This document shows, piece after piece, positions 38,071-50,018 of a stretch of DNA of 64,000 nt; the stretch's first letter is position 1, and each line of letters opens with the position of its first letter. The translations under genes and the position numbers were made by a program. The DNA comes from Malacoraja senta (taxonomy: Eukaryota), in the NCBI GenBank assembly GCA_038087875.1, contig JAXLNO010003320.1, forward strand, positions 62,001-126,000, read 5' to 3'. The notes below the pieces were generated by a model that saw only the letters and a program-made list of their open reading frames with translations, ran no database searches and was not told where the DNA came from.

Positions 38071-40899
38071 CCCTAAATATGTTCACTATTCTATTGCAGA
38101 ATCTCCAATCTCTCCCTCAATGTCAGCAAGGTGAATTTGAAGGAGCTAGTTATCGACTGCTGGAAGGAAGATGGTGTACAAGCCATAAGCTTCTGGGATG
38201 CACCGCAACGGCAGAAGCAAATGACCACGGATCGCCCCACGGAACCCAACACGAATCGACCAGGCGGCCGCCGAGAACGAAGATGGACTCGGCCGGTCGC
38301 CTGCAGCCATATGTGGCGGCAGGTTTGGTTCGCCGGTGTGAAGAGCAACCCGGTGGAAGCTGCTGAGCTTGGCCCCGAAACCCGGAGAGTCGTGGAGGAG
38401 GGAGCCGCTGCCGCCGACGGACGCAAGGAATGGGCCGCTAAGAGAGGGACTGAGGTATTACCTCCAGGAGAGGAGTTGCCTCCCGGGACACAGAGCCAGT
38501 TGGGCGAGGAGAGGGACGTCTGTTGGCTGGCCGAGCTGGTCGAGGGTGACGGAGGAGGCCCCCCTGGCAATAGCCTGGGGTTTAACTGAGCTTACGTGGA
38601 TCGGGGGCGCTCCAGTAAATCCAACATACGGACCGGACATTGGACTTTTTCTTTTTCTTTTGTAAATACTGCCAAATTACGGCGACGGGAGCAAGAATTT
38701 CACTGTGCAGTGCATAAGTGACAATAAAGAATCATTGAAACATTGAAGTCAGAATCAATACTGTAGAAGTGCGAGTGCTGAAGTGGGAATGGTGAAGAAC
38801 TTCAAATTCCTCGGCATGAACAACCTGTTGCATTTTAGTCACTGGGGCAGAACTTTTAAAAGAATGGACGTTTAACAATCCATCTGCAGCAATATAGAAA
38901 CAGAGAAAGCAGGTGCAGGAGTAGAAAATTATGGCCTTCAAGCCAGCACCGTCATTCAATATGATCATGGCTGAGCATCCAGAATCAATCCCCTGTTCCT
39001 GCTTTCTCCCCATATCCCTTGATTCTGTAGCCCTAAGATCTAACTCTCTCTTGAAGACATCGAGTGAATTGGCCTCCACTGCCTTCTGTGGCAGAGAATT
39101 CCACAGATTCACAACTATCTGGGTGAAAGCGTTTTTCTTCATCTCATTCCTAAATGGCCTACCCTTTACTCGTAAACTGTGACTCCTGGTTCTGGACTCC
39201 CCCCAATATCGGGAACATTTTTCCTGCATCTAACTGTCCAATCCCTTAAGAATTTTATATGCATCTATAAGATCCCATCTCATCCTAAATTCCAGTGAAT
39301 ATAAGCCCAGTCAGTCCATTCTTTCATCATATGTTAGTCCCGCCATACCGGGAAAAGAAATATTTTACTTTTTTATTGAACAATATCCTTGATTTTTTTG
39401 CTTTAAAAAAAAACATTCTGTTCCAGTCCCACCACAGAGATTTTTTGCTATATAATTCTTTGGCTCCTTTCCGCCTTCAATCAATTGAAAGCCAGAGTGG
39501 TAAAGACACTATTCATAGCATTGAGTATAAGAGTCAGGAAGTCATATGCTGCTTTATGGAACTTCAAAGATAGACACAAAATGCTGGAGTAACTCAGTGG
39601 GACAGGCAGCATCTCTGGATAGAAGGAATGGCTGACATTTCTGGTTGAGTCCCTTCAGGCTGAAGAGGAAAGGGAGACATGGAGATAAGGAAGTGTAAGG
39701 TATGAAAGAATGACATCAAATGAGATGTAGTTCAAGGAAAATGTAGAATAGATCATTATTAGCCAGGAGTAGGTGTGAACGAAGCATACATAGATAATTT
39801 TTAATCAGGGGGACAGTCAGACTGGTCGGAGAATAGAACTTCAGATAGGCCACTTTTAGAATATTATCGGCATTTCTGGTTGCCCCAATGCAGGATGAAT
39901 TTGGAAGCATGGAATTTGTGCAGAGGTGGTTTGCCAGAATGATGCACAGATTAGATATTAGCTGGAAGGAGAGGTTGGACAGACTTAGATTGTAATCGCT
40001 AGAATGCTGGAGGTTGATAAAAGTATATAAAACTATGAGAGGCATAGATGGGATAGAGAGTCAGAATCTTTTCCACAGGGTGTAAATATAAAGTAATGGA
40101 GAGCATAGTTTTCAGGTGAGTGGGACATGGTGTAAAGGGCCATGTATTAACAGAAGGCTCAATGAGAGATTTCTGCACTGATGTTGAGACTGAGCTGCAC
40201 ATTTACACCTAGACACAACTTTAAACTGAGCTCATGTCTCTCCTCCCAGCTGAAAAAAAAGACGCATGGTATTACCTCAAATAAGGGCTGGGAAATTATT
40301 ACACATGCATTGTCCAATTTTTATTACTTAAGCAATAACAGTAAAGTGGACTAAAGACAGACACAAAAATGTTAGATAGAGCTCTAGAGGCTGGTGGAAT
40401 CAAGGGATATGGGGAGAAGGCAGGCATTGATTGGGGACGATCAGCCATGATCACCATGAATGACAGTGCTGGCTCGAAGGGCCGAAGGGCCTCCTCATGC
40501 ACCTATTTTCTATGCTTATAAAAAGATGGAGTAACTCAGCAGGTCAGGCAGCACTTCTGGGAAAAAGGAAAAGGTGACGATTTGTGTTGAGACCCTTCCC
40601 GAAATGTCACCTATTCCTTTCCCCCAGAAATGCTGCCTGACCCGCTGAGTTACTCCAGCTTTTTGCATCTGCCTACAGTAAAACAAGCATCTGCAGTTCC
40701 TTCCTACACAGTAAAGTAGACTTCTGGTTTATCTAACACTGCAGTTTGTGGAATTGACTGCATTCTGAATTGTAAAATCATTATACTTTGAGAAACATCT
40801 ATTCGGCTGTAAGATGCTATGTGAAATATGATTTTGTAATTGTTGTCCTTAAAACACCAATATAATCCCTACCATAAAACCCAATCCGTAAACTGTATT

Positions 40900-40980
40900 C
40901 ACTGGTAATTAGTGACGAGAACAAGTGGTCTCATTCCCATTGGATCTGGTTATCAGGTTTGTGTATACATGGACCAATAA
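40900..40980 (+). promoter_or_regulatory. MHC-type X1-X2-Y promoter module plus downstream CCAAT box
   Basis: CTGGTAATTAG (X1-like), TGACG at 40913-40917 (X2/CRE), 21-bp spacer ending TCATTCCC, ATTGG at 40939-40943 (Y box), CCAAT at 40974-40978, ATG at 41082. Confidence 0.65.
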
Positions 40981-41081
40981 TTACCTTCACACCAGAGTTC
41001 TGTTAAAAACGTACAAGAGATTATGTTACTGTTGCTGCATTTACTCTGCTGGTTAAATAGTGCTGTGGGCGGCTGTTAAAC

Positions 41082-41133
41082 ATGCTTCTTTTTACCTTAC
41101 TGAACACTTACGGTGTGGCCACTGTCTCCTCTG
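41082..41133 (+). CDS. MHC class I-like exon 1, leader peptide MLLFTLLNTYGVATVSS
   Basis: ATG at 41082, 17 codons plus G, then GTAAGC donor at 41134. G+AT gives Asp1 of alpha1. It lies about 140 bp below an X2/Y-box module. Confidence 0.75.
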
Positions 41134-41434
41134 GTAAGCAATACTGCTTCAACCTGTGAACTTTGAGGAAACAACAAAACTGATTATATTTACTGTTGCA
41201 CAGTGCCTGTGTTTGCCCTGGGTTCATTGTCTTGGATGTATTAATTGAATGATTGAATTGAATGTATTAATAATTTTGGGTAACGGTCTTTCCTTAGTTG
41301 TAAAGGCTCCTGTGGGAAGTTATATATACTATGGTTACCTTGGCAATCCATTGAACAGAAGAACTGAATACATGTAAATAATGAACATAGAACATAGTAC
41401 AATACAGCACAGGAGCAGGTCCTTCAGTCCTTCA

Positions 41435-41466
41435 GTCTGAAGAAGGGTCTCGACCCGAAACGTCAC
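41435..41466 (+). ncRNA. Minimal type I hammerhead ribozyme motif, sense strand of MHC intron 1
   Basis: CTGAAGA 41437-41443, AGGGTCTCGACCC, GAAACGTC ending at 41464; stem I is only 2 bp (GT/AC). Confidence 0.7.
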
Positions 41467-44400
41467 CCGTTCCTTTTCTCCAGAGATGCTGCCTGACCCG
41501 CTGTTACCTCAGCATTTTGTCTACCTTCGGCCCACAATGTCTGTGCCGAACAAACTAAACTAATCTCCTCTACCTGTATGTGATCTGTATCCGGCCATTC
41601 CCTGCCTATCTATGTACCTATCTAAAAGCCTCTGAAATGTAACTGTTATATCTGCCACCATCACCACAACCACCACTGGCAGCGCGTTACAGATGTCCAC
41701 CACCCTCCACATAAAACAACTTGCTCCGCTCATCTCCTTTGAACATTGCTTCTCCAACCTTAAAGTGATGTTCTCTGGTCTTCAACATTTCCACCCTGGG
41801 AAAAAGGTTCTGGCTGTCCACTCTGTCTGTGCCTCTCACCATGTTGTGCACTTTCATCAGGTCTCCCTTCAACCTCCAGTATACAAGAGAAAACAATCCA
41901 TGTTTGTCCAATCTGTCCTTGCACTAATGCCTCAGACAGAATTCAGGTGATGTGCACTTTCAATAAAGAAGTGACTTCTGCATTAGTAGGTGTTCCACCT
42001 CTCCAAGATTTCCTCAGCTGGTGTTAGACACCCACATGATGGTAAAATTCAGCCTGCATTAAATGACCAATCAATGTTGTGTTAATGTTGTTGCCATCTT
42101 GTTGTTTGTTGCATGCTTCCTGTCCTGCAGACCCTATCCATTACCCCATCACCACTTCCCCAGAAGACGATAATGAGATTTAAGAAGCTTGAGGATAGGC
42201 ACGTGGATATGCAGGGAATTGAGGGATATGAATCATCTACAAGCATGAAGAGTTTAGTTGAACTTGACATCATGTTCGGCACAGACATTGTGGCCGAACT
42301 CCAGCCCATTACACCCTTAATGAACAAAAATCTATCAATCTCAATCTGGAAATTTTCAAGTGGGCAACATATTCAACAGATTACAGAATCGAGAACCAGA
42401 GGACATAGGTTTAAATTGAGGGGGGAAAGATTGAATGGGAATCTGATGAGCAATTTCTTCCCACACAATGGTACCTTTCTAACTATTCTGACATTCATCA
42501 AGGCTTGGAGATTACAAACCTACTCGTCCTGAAAGTTTCATCCCATTGTTATCAAATGAAAGTAAATATAATGGTGTTAAAGAAGGAACTGCAGATGCTG
42601 GAAAATCGAAGGTACACAAAAATGCTGGAGAAAGTCAGCGGGTGCAGCAGCATCTATGGAGCGAAGGAAATAGGCAACGTTTCGGGCCGAAACCATATAA
42701 TGGTGATGGCCATGTTGAAATAATAACATATAAAACAAAAATCCTCGGCTGTGGAGTGTTTTGGGAAGCCACATGGATTTTATCGTTACTGTATTCCACT
42801 CTTAGCCGTCTTATGTTTCTCCTGGTAACACTGAAACAGACACTTCTAACTCTGCCCTCGGGGCCCCTTCTCACTTCACTTAAACACATGAACTTTGACA
42901 CTGTCTGGTGTGCTGCATGTAATCTTTATCACAGAACAAATACTGCTTATGCATGTGGAAACAAGAAACTGCACATGCTGGTTAATACACATAAAATACT
43001 GGAGTAATTCAGCAGGTCAGGCAGTATGTCTGGAGAACATGGTTAGGTGATGTTTCAGTTGACACAAGTGTAGGAAGGAAGTGCAGATGTGTAAGAAGGA
43101 ACTGCAGAAGCTGATTTAAACCGAAGATAGACAATAAAGCTGGAGTAACTCAGCGGCACAGGCAGCATCCCTAGAGAGAAGGTATGGGTGACGTTTCGGG
43201 TCGAGACCCTTCTTCTGACTGCTGATGCAGATGCTGGTTTACACCGAAGATAGATACAAAAGGCTGGAGTAACTCAGCAAGTCAGGCAGCATCGCTGGAG
43301 AAAAGGAATAGGTGGAGTTTCAGGTCAAGACACTGCATCAGACAGAGTCGGAGGTGCATATATTTCATTGTACTTTGTCATATCTCTCGGTTCTCTGTCC
43401 CCTGACTCTCATTCTGAAGAAGGGTCTCGACACGAAACGTCACCTTTTCCTTTTCTCCGGAGATGCTGCCTGACCCACTGAGTTACTCCAGTATTTTGTG
43501 TCGAGTTTCAATTTAGGCCCTGTTTATCTCAGTCTCCACCACCCCCCCCCCCCATCTCTATGAGCTGTGTTGCAGCTGCCTATGAGGACCTGGACTCAAT
43601 CCTGATCTCTTACAACCTGGCTTTTTTTTCCCCCTGCAAACGTGTGTTTGCTATGGTTATTCCAGTTTCCCCGCACGTCCCCAAAATGCCGGGCTGAAAG
43701 GTAAATTGGCCAGTGTGAATTGGTCATGCATATGTATTAGAATTGGTGGAGGGGATGAGGGAGGTGTTAATGGGAGATTGGCAAATATTAAAAGGGTTAG
43801 CGTACCACAGGTATAAATAGGTGTTTGATGGTCACCACGAACTTGGTGGGCTAAAGGGCCTTTTATGTGCTGTACCCAGTGAACATAAGTTTAAGATGAG
43901 GGGGGAATGATTTAATAGGAACCTGAGGCATAGCATTGTTACACAAAGGGTGGTGGGTGTACTGAATGAACTGCCGGAGAAGGTAGTTCAGGCGCGTACT
44001 ATCACGACATTTAAGAATCATTTAATCAGGTACATGGATAGGATAGGCTTATAAGGATATGGGCCTCAGTCAGCTGTAGAGCCCACATCAATGGATATTT
44101 CTCAGGTGGAGATTAACAGATTCTTGATCAGTATGGGTTTCAAGGGTTATGGGGTGCAGGCAGGAGAATGTGGTTGATAGGGAGAGATAGCTCAGCCATG
44201 ATTGAATGGCCGATGGGCTGAATGGCCTAATTATTCTCCTAGAACTTATGTACTGATGAAATACAGGTAGTGTAGATGAGGCATGTTGGTTGGTGTGGCA
44301 AGTTGAGCCATAGGCCCTGATTCCCTGCTGTATGACTCTTTGACTTTACCTCTCTATGATTCTATAAAGTCTCCTTGACATTGTCCAGTTTCTTAATATA

Positions 44401-44567
44401 ATAAAATATTCTTCAAATTTTGGAATATTGTAACTAGTAGAACCTATCGACATGATAGACAATAATAGATCTTTGAAGATGGGAAACAATCCAGTAGGAT
44501 CATTCAATACCTCGACCATAATTGGTGGAGTAGGTATCAGAGCCCATCATGCCAACTCTTGAAGAAG

Positions 44568-44875
44568 GCTCAGTGGTGCAGCGGTAGACTTACTCGATTA
44601 CAGCACCATAGACCCAGGTTGGATCCTGATTACGGATGCTGTCTGTACGGAGTTTGTCCATTCTCCCCATTACCGTGTGGGTTTTTCCCGAGATGTTCGG
44701 ATTCTTCCCACATTCCAAAGACGTATAGGTTTGTAGGTTAATTGGCTTGGTCTAGAATGTAAATTGTCCCTAGTGTGTGTAGGATAGTGTTATTGTGTGG
44801 GGGTTGCTGGTCAGTGTGGACTCGCACGAAGGGCCTGTTTCCATGCTGTATCTCTAAGCTAAAAACTAAACTAAA
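44568..44875 (+). mobile_element. HE1-type SINE in MHC intron 1
   Basis: Same family motifs. Confidence 0.8.
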
Positions 44876-45065
44876 GGCTCCTGACCCAAATTGTCACCTG
44901 ATCATTGATGCTGCCTGCCCCACTGAGTTCATCCAGCACTTGCATCTGCAGGTCCTTGTGACTCCCTTATTCAAAGTTATTGTATTGTTATCAGTTTTAG
45001 CATTAATAACTTAGTTATTTTCAGTGAATGATACAATCATACTTATTTTTGTTTATGCATTGCAG

Positions 45066-45326
45066 ATTTACACCATCTTGCATTTTACTACCTGTTGAAC
45101 CATGGATTGAATGAGCTGCCTGAGTACAGTATGGTAGCAATGCTGGATGACGTCCAGATAGCATATTTTGACAGCACACTAGAGCGGGCTGTTCCCAGAC
45201 AGCGATGGATGGCCCAGTCTTTCCCGCATGATCACTGGGATTCAATGGCCATCACAGTTGCAGGTTTTCATGGGATTGTCAGAGGAAATGCTGAGATAGT
45301 CTACCAACAGCAACATGGTATCTCGA
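45066..45326 (+). CDS. MHC class I-like exon 2, alpha1 domain
   Basis: Acceptor ttgcag at 45060-45065, donor GTAAGT at 45327, 261 bp. Translation DLHHLAFYYLLNHGLNELPEYSMVAMLDDVQIAYFDSTLERAVPRQRWMAQSFPHDHWDSMAITVAGFHGIVRGNAEIVYQQQHGIS keeps class I motifs (H3, PE, DD-Q, FDS, P-W-M, WD). Confidence 0.92.
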
Positions 45327-45589
45327 GTAAGTGTCGTGAGCGGACCTGGGGTAGACACTCAGTGATGACACAGATGGATTTTGTTTTAGTTTTATTGTTG
45401 ACACATGATTCTCTGATACACTTTTTTTGCGTTAGTCAATCACATCAAAGAAAACTATTCATAAATACAATCAAACCAAACTCGTACAATAGGTAGAGCA
45501 AAGAGTGCAGAATGTAGTTCTCAGCATTGTAATGTACCAGTGCCAGAGACAAAGTCCAGTGTCTACAATGGGGTTGAGGTGAACCCTAG

Positions 45590-46010
45590 CATAAGGGAGG
45601 ACTGTTCAGAAACCTGATAACATAGGGGAGGAAACAGTTACTGAGTCTGGTGGTGCACGCTTTAATGCTTACGTACCTTCTGCAGGAAGAAGGAGTGACC
45701 AGAACGGGACAAATCTTTGATTATGTTGTCTGCTTTCCTGAACCAGTTGAAATACAGATGGATTCACTGGTGGGGAATCATGTTTGTGTGATCGACTGTG
45801 CTACATCTCCACCTCTCTGCAAATTTCCAGCGGTCTTGGGCAGAACTCTTTCCAAACTAAGTTGTGATGCAACCTGTCAGTATGCTTTCTATGGCACATT
45901 TGTAGAAGTTTGTAAGAGTCATTGGAGATGCCGCATTTCCTTAGTCTCCTGAGGCAGTAGGGGAACCAGAAACTCTCAACCTTTTTCACTTCAGCACCAT
46001 TGATGCTGTT
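45590..46010 (-). mobile_element. Rex1/Babar-type LINE 3' fragment in MHC intron 2
   Basis: Degenerate LRRLRKCGI segment followed by typical downstream Rex1-like sequence. Confidence 0.6.
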
Positions 46011-47071
46011 TCAGACATTTACTCCATAACATTTTGATAGAGACACGGCCCATCGTCTATATTTAATGTGTCCTAACTGCTGAACACACAGTCATAACAG
46101 TTGGCTGGTGATAGTCTCTTTATGGGTTAAGCATTTGATATTCAACACCAGTAATAAGTGGATGGATTGGATCATCTGTTTTGTTGGGCTGGAATGAGGG
46201 AGAAACCATTAGTTTATTTATAGCCTGATCATCTAGAGATGGGATCTTGATTTAAGCTGGTTGATGGTGACTATGAGGTATTCCCTCAGTAATAATATTG
46301 TGTTAATCCAGCATCCCCTCAATATTGGCAACAATCCTCAGAGGGTGTAGCAATCCCACACAGTGCAACAGCCTTGATGTACTTCCCATCTGCATTGCCT
46401 TAACCTTCAGACTGACCTGTTGGCTCTGTAGCATTGCCCATCTGACAATGCACTTCTTCCTCTGTTCTTTATGTACGACAGTGCAGAATCTGAGTTCCAC
46501 CCTTCTGACACAGCAGAACTCCTTTAGTGTTACATCCGCAACAGTAAAGCTCCCCCCCATAACACTTGAGGTTAGTCCATGCCCTCAGTATATAGACCAT
46601 GGGTTATTGAGTCACACATCATGGAAACCGGCCCTTCTGCTCACTGATTCCACATTGATCATCCATTGTGCTAAGATGGAGTCACAGCAAACTGCAGATG
46701 CTGCCAATCTGAATTTAAAACAAACAGGAGGAACTCAACGAGTCAGGCAGCATGCTGTGGAAAAATGGACAGAAAACATATGAGACCAGGACCATTTAGA
46801 GTGATGGGGTAGAGTGGAGAAAGCTGGAAAAGAAAAGTAGTCTGTGTAGGATAGTGTTAATATGCGGGGACCACTGGTCGGTGCGGACTCGGTGGGCCGA
46901 AGGGCCTGTTTCCGCGCTGTATCTCTGAGCTAAACCTGCTCCTGTGCTGTACAGCTCCATGTTGTGTTCTGTTATGCCTGTTTGTACCATGCTGAGAACT
47001 GATTTGTAAATTGCCTCTCCCTTCCATCCACTCTCCCCAACACAAATCCTCCACCCCTACCTCAGCCCCAG

Positions 47072-47347
47072 CTGTTTGCTTTGTGCAGGGTTTCTGCGGC
47101 TGTGAAGTGGACAGTGACAATTCCACTGATGGGTTTGTCAGACTGGGTTATGATGGGGAGGATGCCTGTGCTTTTGACAAGGACAGAATGCGCTGGATTG
47201 CACTACGTCCAGATTTCCAGATGCTAGCAGATCGGTGGAACGTCAACACCTTCATGAACAAGTATTTTAAAGATCTCCTGGAGAAGGACTGTGTGAAGTG
47301 GCTGCGGATATATATGGAGTGTGGACAAGAAGCACTACAGAGGAGAG
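47072..47347 (+). CDS. MHC class I-like exon 3, alpha2 domain
   Basis: Acceptor ccccag, donor GTACAC at 47348, 276 bp. Translation TVCFVQGFCGCEV...GYDGEDACAFDKDRMRW...ADRWN...DCVKWLRIYMECGQEALQRR. Confidence 0.95.
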
Positions 47348-47449
47348 GTACACGACGTAGGCACTCTGACTGATGGGCCAGAGGATATCCTCTGGATAGA
47401 TCAGGTGGGAAATATCATGCACTTCAGGCTGTCACTTGAGTAATTATTT

Positions 47450-47740
47450 AGTTTAGTTTAGAGATACAGCGCGGAAACCCACCGAGACCGCACCGAGCAG
47501 CCATGCCCGCACACTAACACTATCCTACACACACTAGGGACAATTTGCATTTATACCAATCCAATTAACCTACAAATTTGTACGTCTTTCGAGTGTGAGG
47601 GGAAACCGAAGATCTCGGATAAAACCCACGCAGGTCACAGGGAGAACGTACAAACTCTGTAAAGACAAGCACCCGTAGTTAGTAACAAACCCAGGTCTCT
47701 GGCGCTGTAAGGCAGTAGCTCCACCGCTTCGCCACCCTGT
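47450..47740 (-). mobile_element. HE1-type SINE in MHC intron 3
   Basis: Same family motifs. Confidence 0.85.
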
Positions 47741-48551
47741 TCTACAACGTGGGTATCAGTAAATTGTCTGGCAACGTGCCTCTTAGATGGAACCAGTGGG
47801 TAGGAAGTGCAAGTGAAAGATAAATATTGTACCAGTGTCCTTTATCCACAGTCATATAGATATTCAGGAAATGGAGGAATATGTATCTTGGTCTTATGTT
47901 TAGCACCGACCTTGTGGCCTGAAGGGTCTGTTGCTGAACTGATCAGAAACCCAATCAGATTCTCTATTTGCCTCTATTACTCCTTGGGATGGTGACATTC
48001 AATTTCCAACAGTTCTCTATTTGAAGAACTTCTTCCTCCCATTCCCTCTTGGAATATTTAGTGTTATTATTCAGCAGAGATTCATGAACAGGTAGAAGCA
48101 ATCATGTCTACAGTATCAATCCCAATGGTGAGTTATACTCCTCCATTGGGCCTGCATTCCCCTTTCATCTGTGCTGTCAGTTAAGGTCTGGAGCTAAGAT
48201 AAGGAGCATGTCAGTGATATTAAAGCTAAATGTTTTGTTGTTTTGCCAGAAATGCAAAATGAAAAGAGAAAAGGCTGTAAACTTTGTGCAAGATAGAACT
48301 GCAGATGATGGTTTACACTGAAGATAGAAGATGTTGGTGTAACTCAGTGGGTCAGATAGCATCTCTGGGCATTCCTTCTCTCCAGAATGCTGCCTGACCT
48401 GCTGAGTTATTCCAGCATTTTGGGTCTAGGCTGAAAACTTAGTTCAGCCAGAGAAAAAACTCTGATTGGGAAAGTGGTGAGTTGCAGTGATCTTACAATT
48501 GAAGGCTTTTGTTCATGTCTTCACTGATTCTGACTCTTCTTACACTTGCAG

Positions 48552-48824
48552 AAACCCCTGAGGTGTTTATTGGGATTAAACGTGATGGGTCGCAATCACT
48601 GAGACTCTCCTGCCTTGTCACAGGCTTCTAGCCACGGGCCATCGATGTAACGTGGCTGAGAGATGGTGAGGGGGTCCATGAGTCTGAATCCAGTGATCTG
48701 TTGCCCAATTGGGATGGGACTTACCAGCTGAAGAATACAATTCAACTGAATAGAGAAGATGTGGCAAAATTCTCCTGTTACATCGAACATGCAACTCTGC
48801 TGCAGGGAGTCAATGTTCCACAGG
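48552..48824 (+). CDS. MHC class I-like exon 4, alpha3 Ig-C1 domain with premature stop
   Basis: Acceptor ttgcag, donor GTAAGT at 48825, 273 bp. Translation ETPEVFIGIKRDGSQSLRLSCLVTGF*PRAIDVTWLRDGEGVHESESSDLLPNWDGTYQLKNTIQLNREDVAKFSCYIEHATLLQGVNVPQ. The stop keeps it off the ORF track. Confidence 0.93.
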
Positions 48825-48919
48825 GTAAGTGGCAAGTCAATGAGGCTGATCACTTGAGACCATAAACCTCCTGGACTGAGATAACAGTCTCAACTCACAC
48901 TCTTAACTAAGCTGTGGAT

Positions 48920-49560
48920 TTAGACTTTAGGCTTTAGAGATATGCTGCAGATACAGGCCCCTCAGCTCACTGAGTCCTCGCTGAATAGTGATCAACCCAT
49001 ACATTTACACTAACCTACACAATACGGACAATTTACAATTTTACCTAAGCCAAGTAACCTACAAACCTGTATGTCTTTGTAGTGTGGGAGGAAACCCACG
49101 CAGTCACAGGGAGAACATACAATGTCCTTGCAGACAGCACCTGTAGTCAGGATCAAACCCAGGTCTCTGGTGCAGTAAGGCAGCAGCTCTACCGCTACGC
49201 CACTGTGCCACCCATTATTAATTTGTGGTTATCTAATTGCTCATAATTATTGATAGTCAATGGAATGTGGTTTTAGTTTAAGAGATACAGCGCAGAAACC
49301 GGCCCTTCAGCCCACCGAGTCTGCGTCAACCAGCGATCCCTGCACACTTACATTATCTTACTTATTAGGGGACAATTTACAATTATACCAAGCCAATTAA
49401 CCTACAAACCTGTATGTCTTTGGACTGAGTGAGGAAACCGGAGATCCAGGCAAAACCCACGCAAGTCCCGGGGAGAAGGTACAAAACTCTGTACAGACGG
49501 GACCCGTAGTCAGAATTGAACCGGGTCTCTGGCGCTGTAAGGCAGCAGTTCCACCGAGTG
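48920..49560 (-). mobile_element. Two tandem HE1-type SINEs in MHC intron 4
   Basis: Copies at about 48920-49212 and 49275-49560. Confidence 0.8.
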
Positions 49561-50018
49561 GGCAAAGCAGAGCCAAATGGAATACAGTGTAGCAAGTGTC
49601 TGGTTTTACATTTTGGCAGTCGGAATAAAGACATAGACTATTTTCTAAATGGGGAGAGAATTGAGAAACCTGAGCTACAAAGTGGGAGTACTAGTGCAGG
49701 ATTCCCAAATAGTTCATTTGCAGATTGAGTCAGTGGTAAGTAAGGCAAATGCAATGCCAGCATTCATTTCGGGGGGCGTAGAATATAAAAACAATGATAT
49801 AATGCTGAGGATTTATCGGGCACTGGTGAAGACACATTTGGAATATTGTGAGCAGTTTTGGGCTCCATATTAGAAAGGATGTGCTGGCTTTGGAGAGGGT
49901 CGAGAGGATGTATGTCCTGGGGATGATTGATTTAACGTATGAGGAGTGTTTGAAGTCTCTGTGCCTGTGCTCATGGGATTTAGAAGGTTGAGGTGGGAAT
50001 CTCATTGAAACCTACCAG

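Noticed and set aside
38091-38665. Overlapping 150-160 aa GC-rich ORFs; likewise at 12064-12816, 16321-16857 and 51685-52322
   Set aside because: Open on several frames because of GC-rich repeat composition; no protein motifs.
45095-45496. 133-aa stand-alone ORF, and 47011-47373
   Set aside because: These are internal exons with read-through into introns, not single-exon genes.
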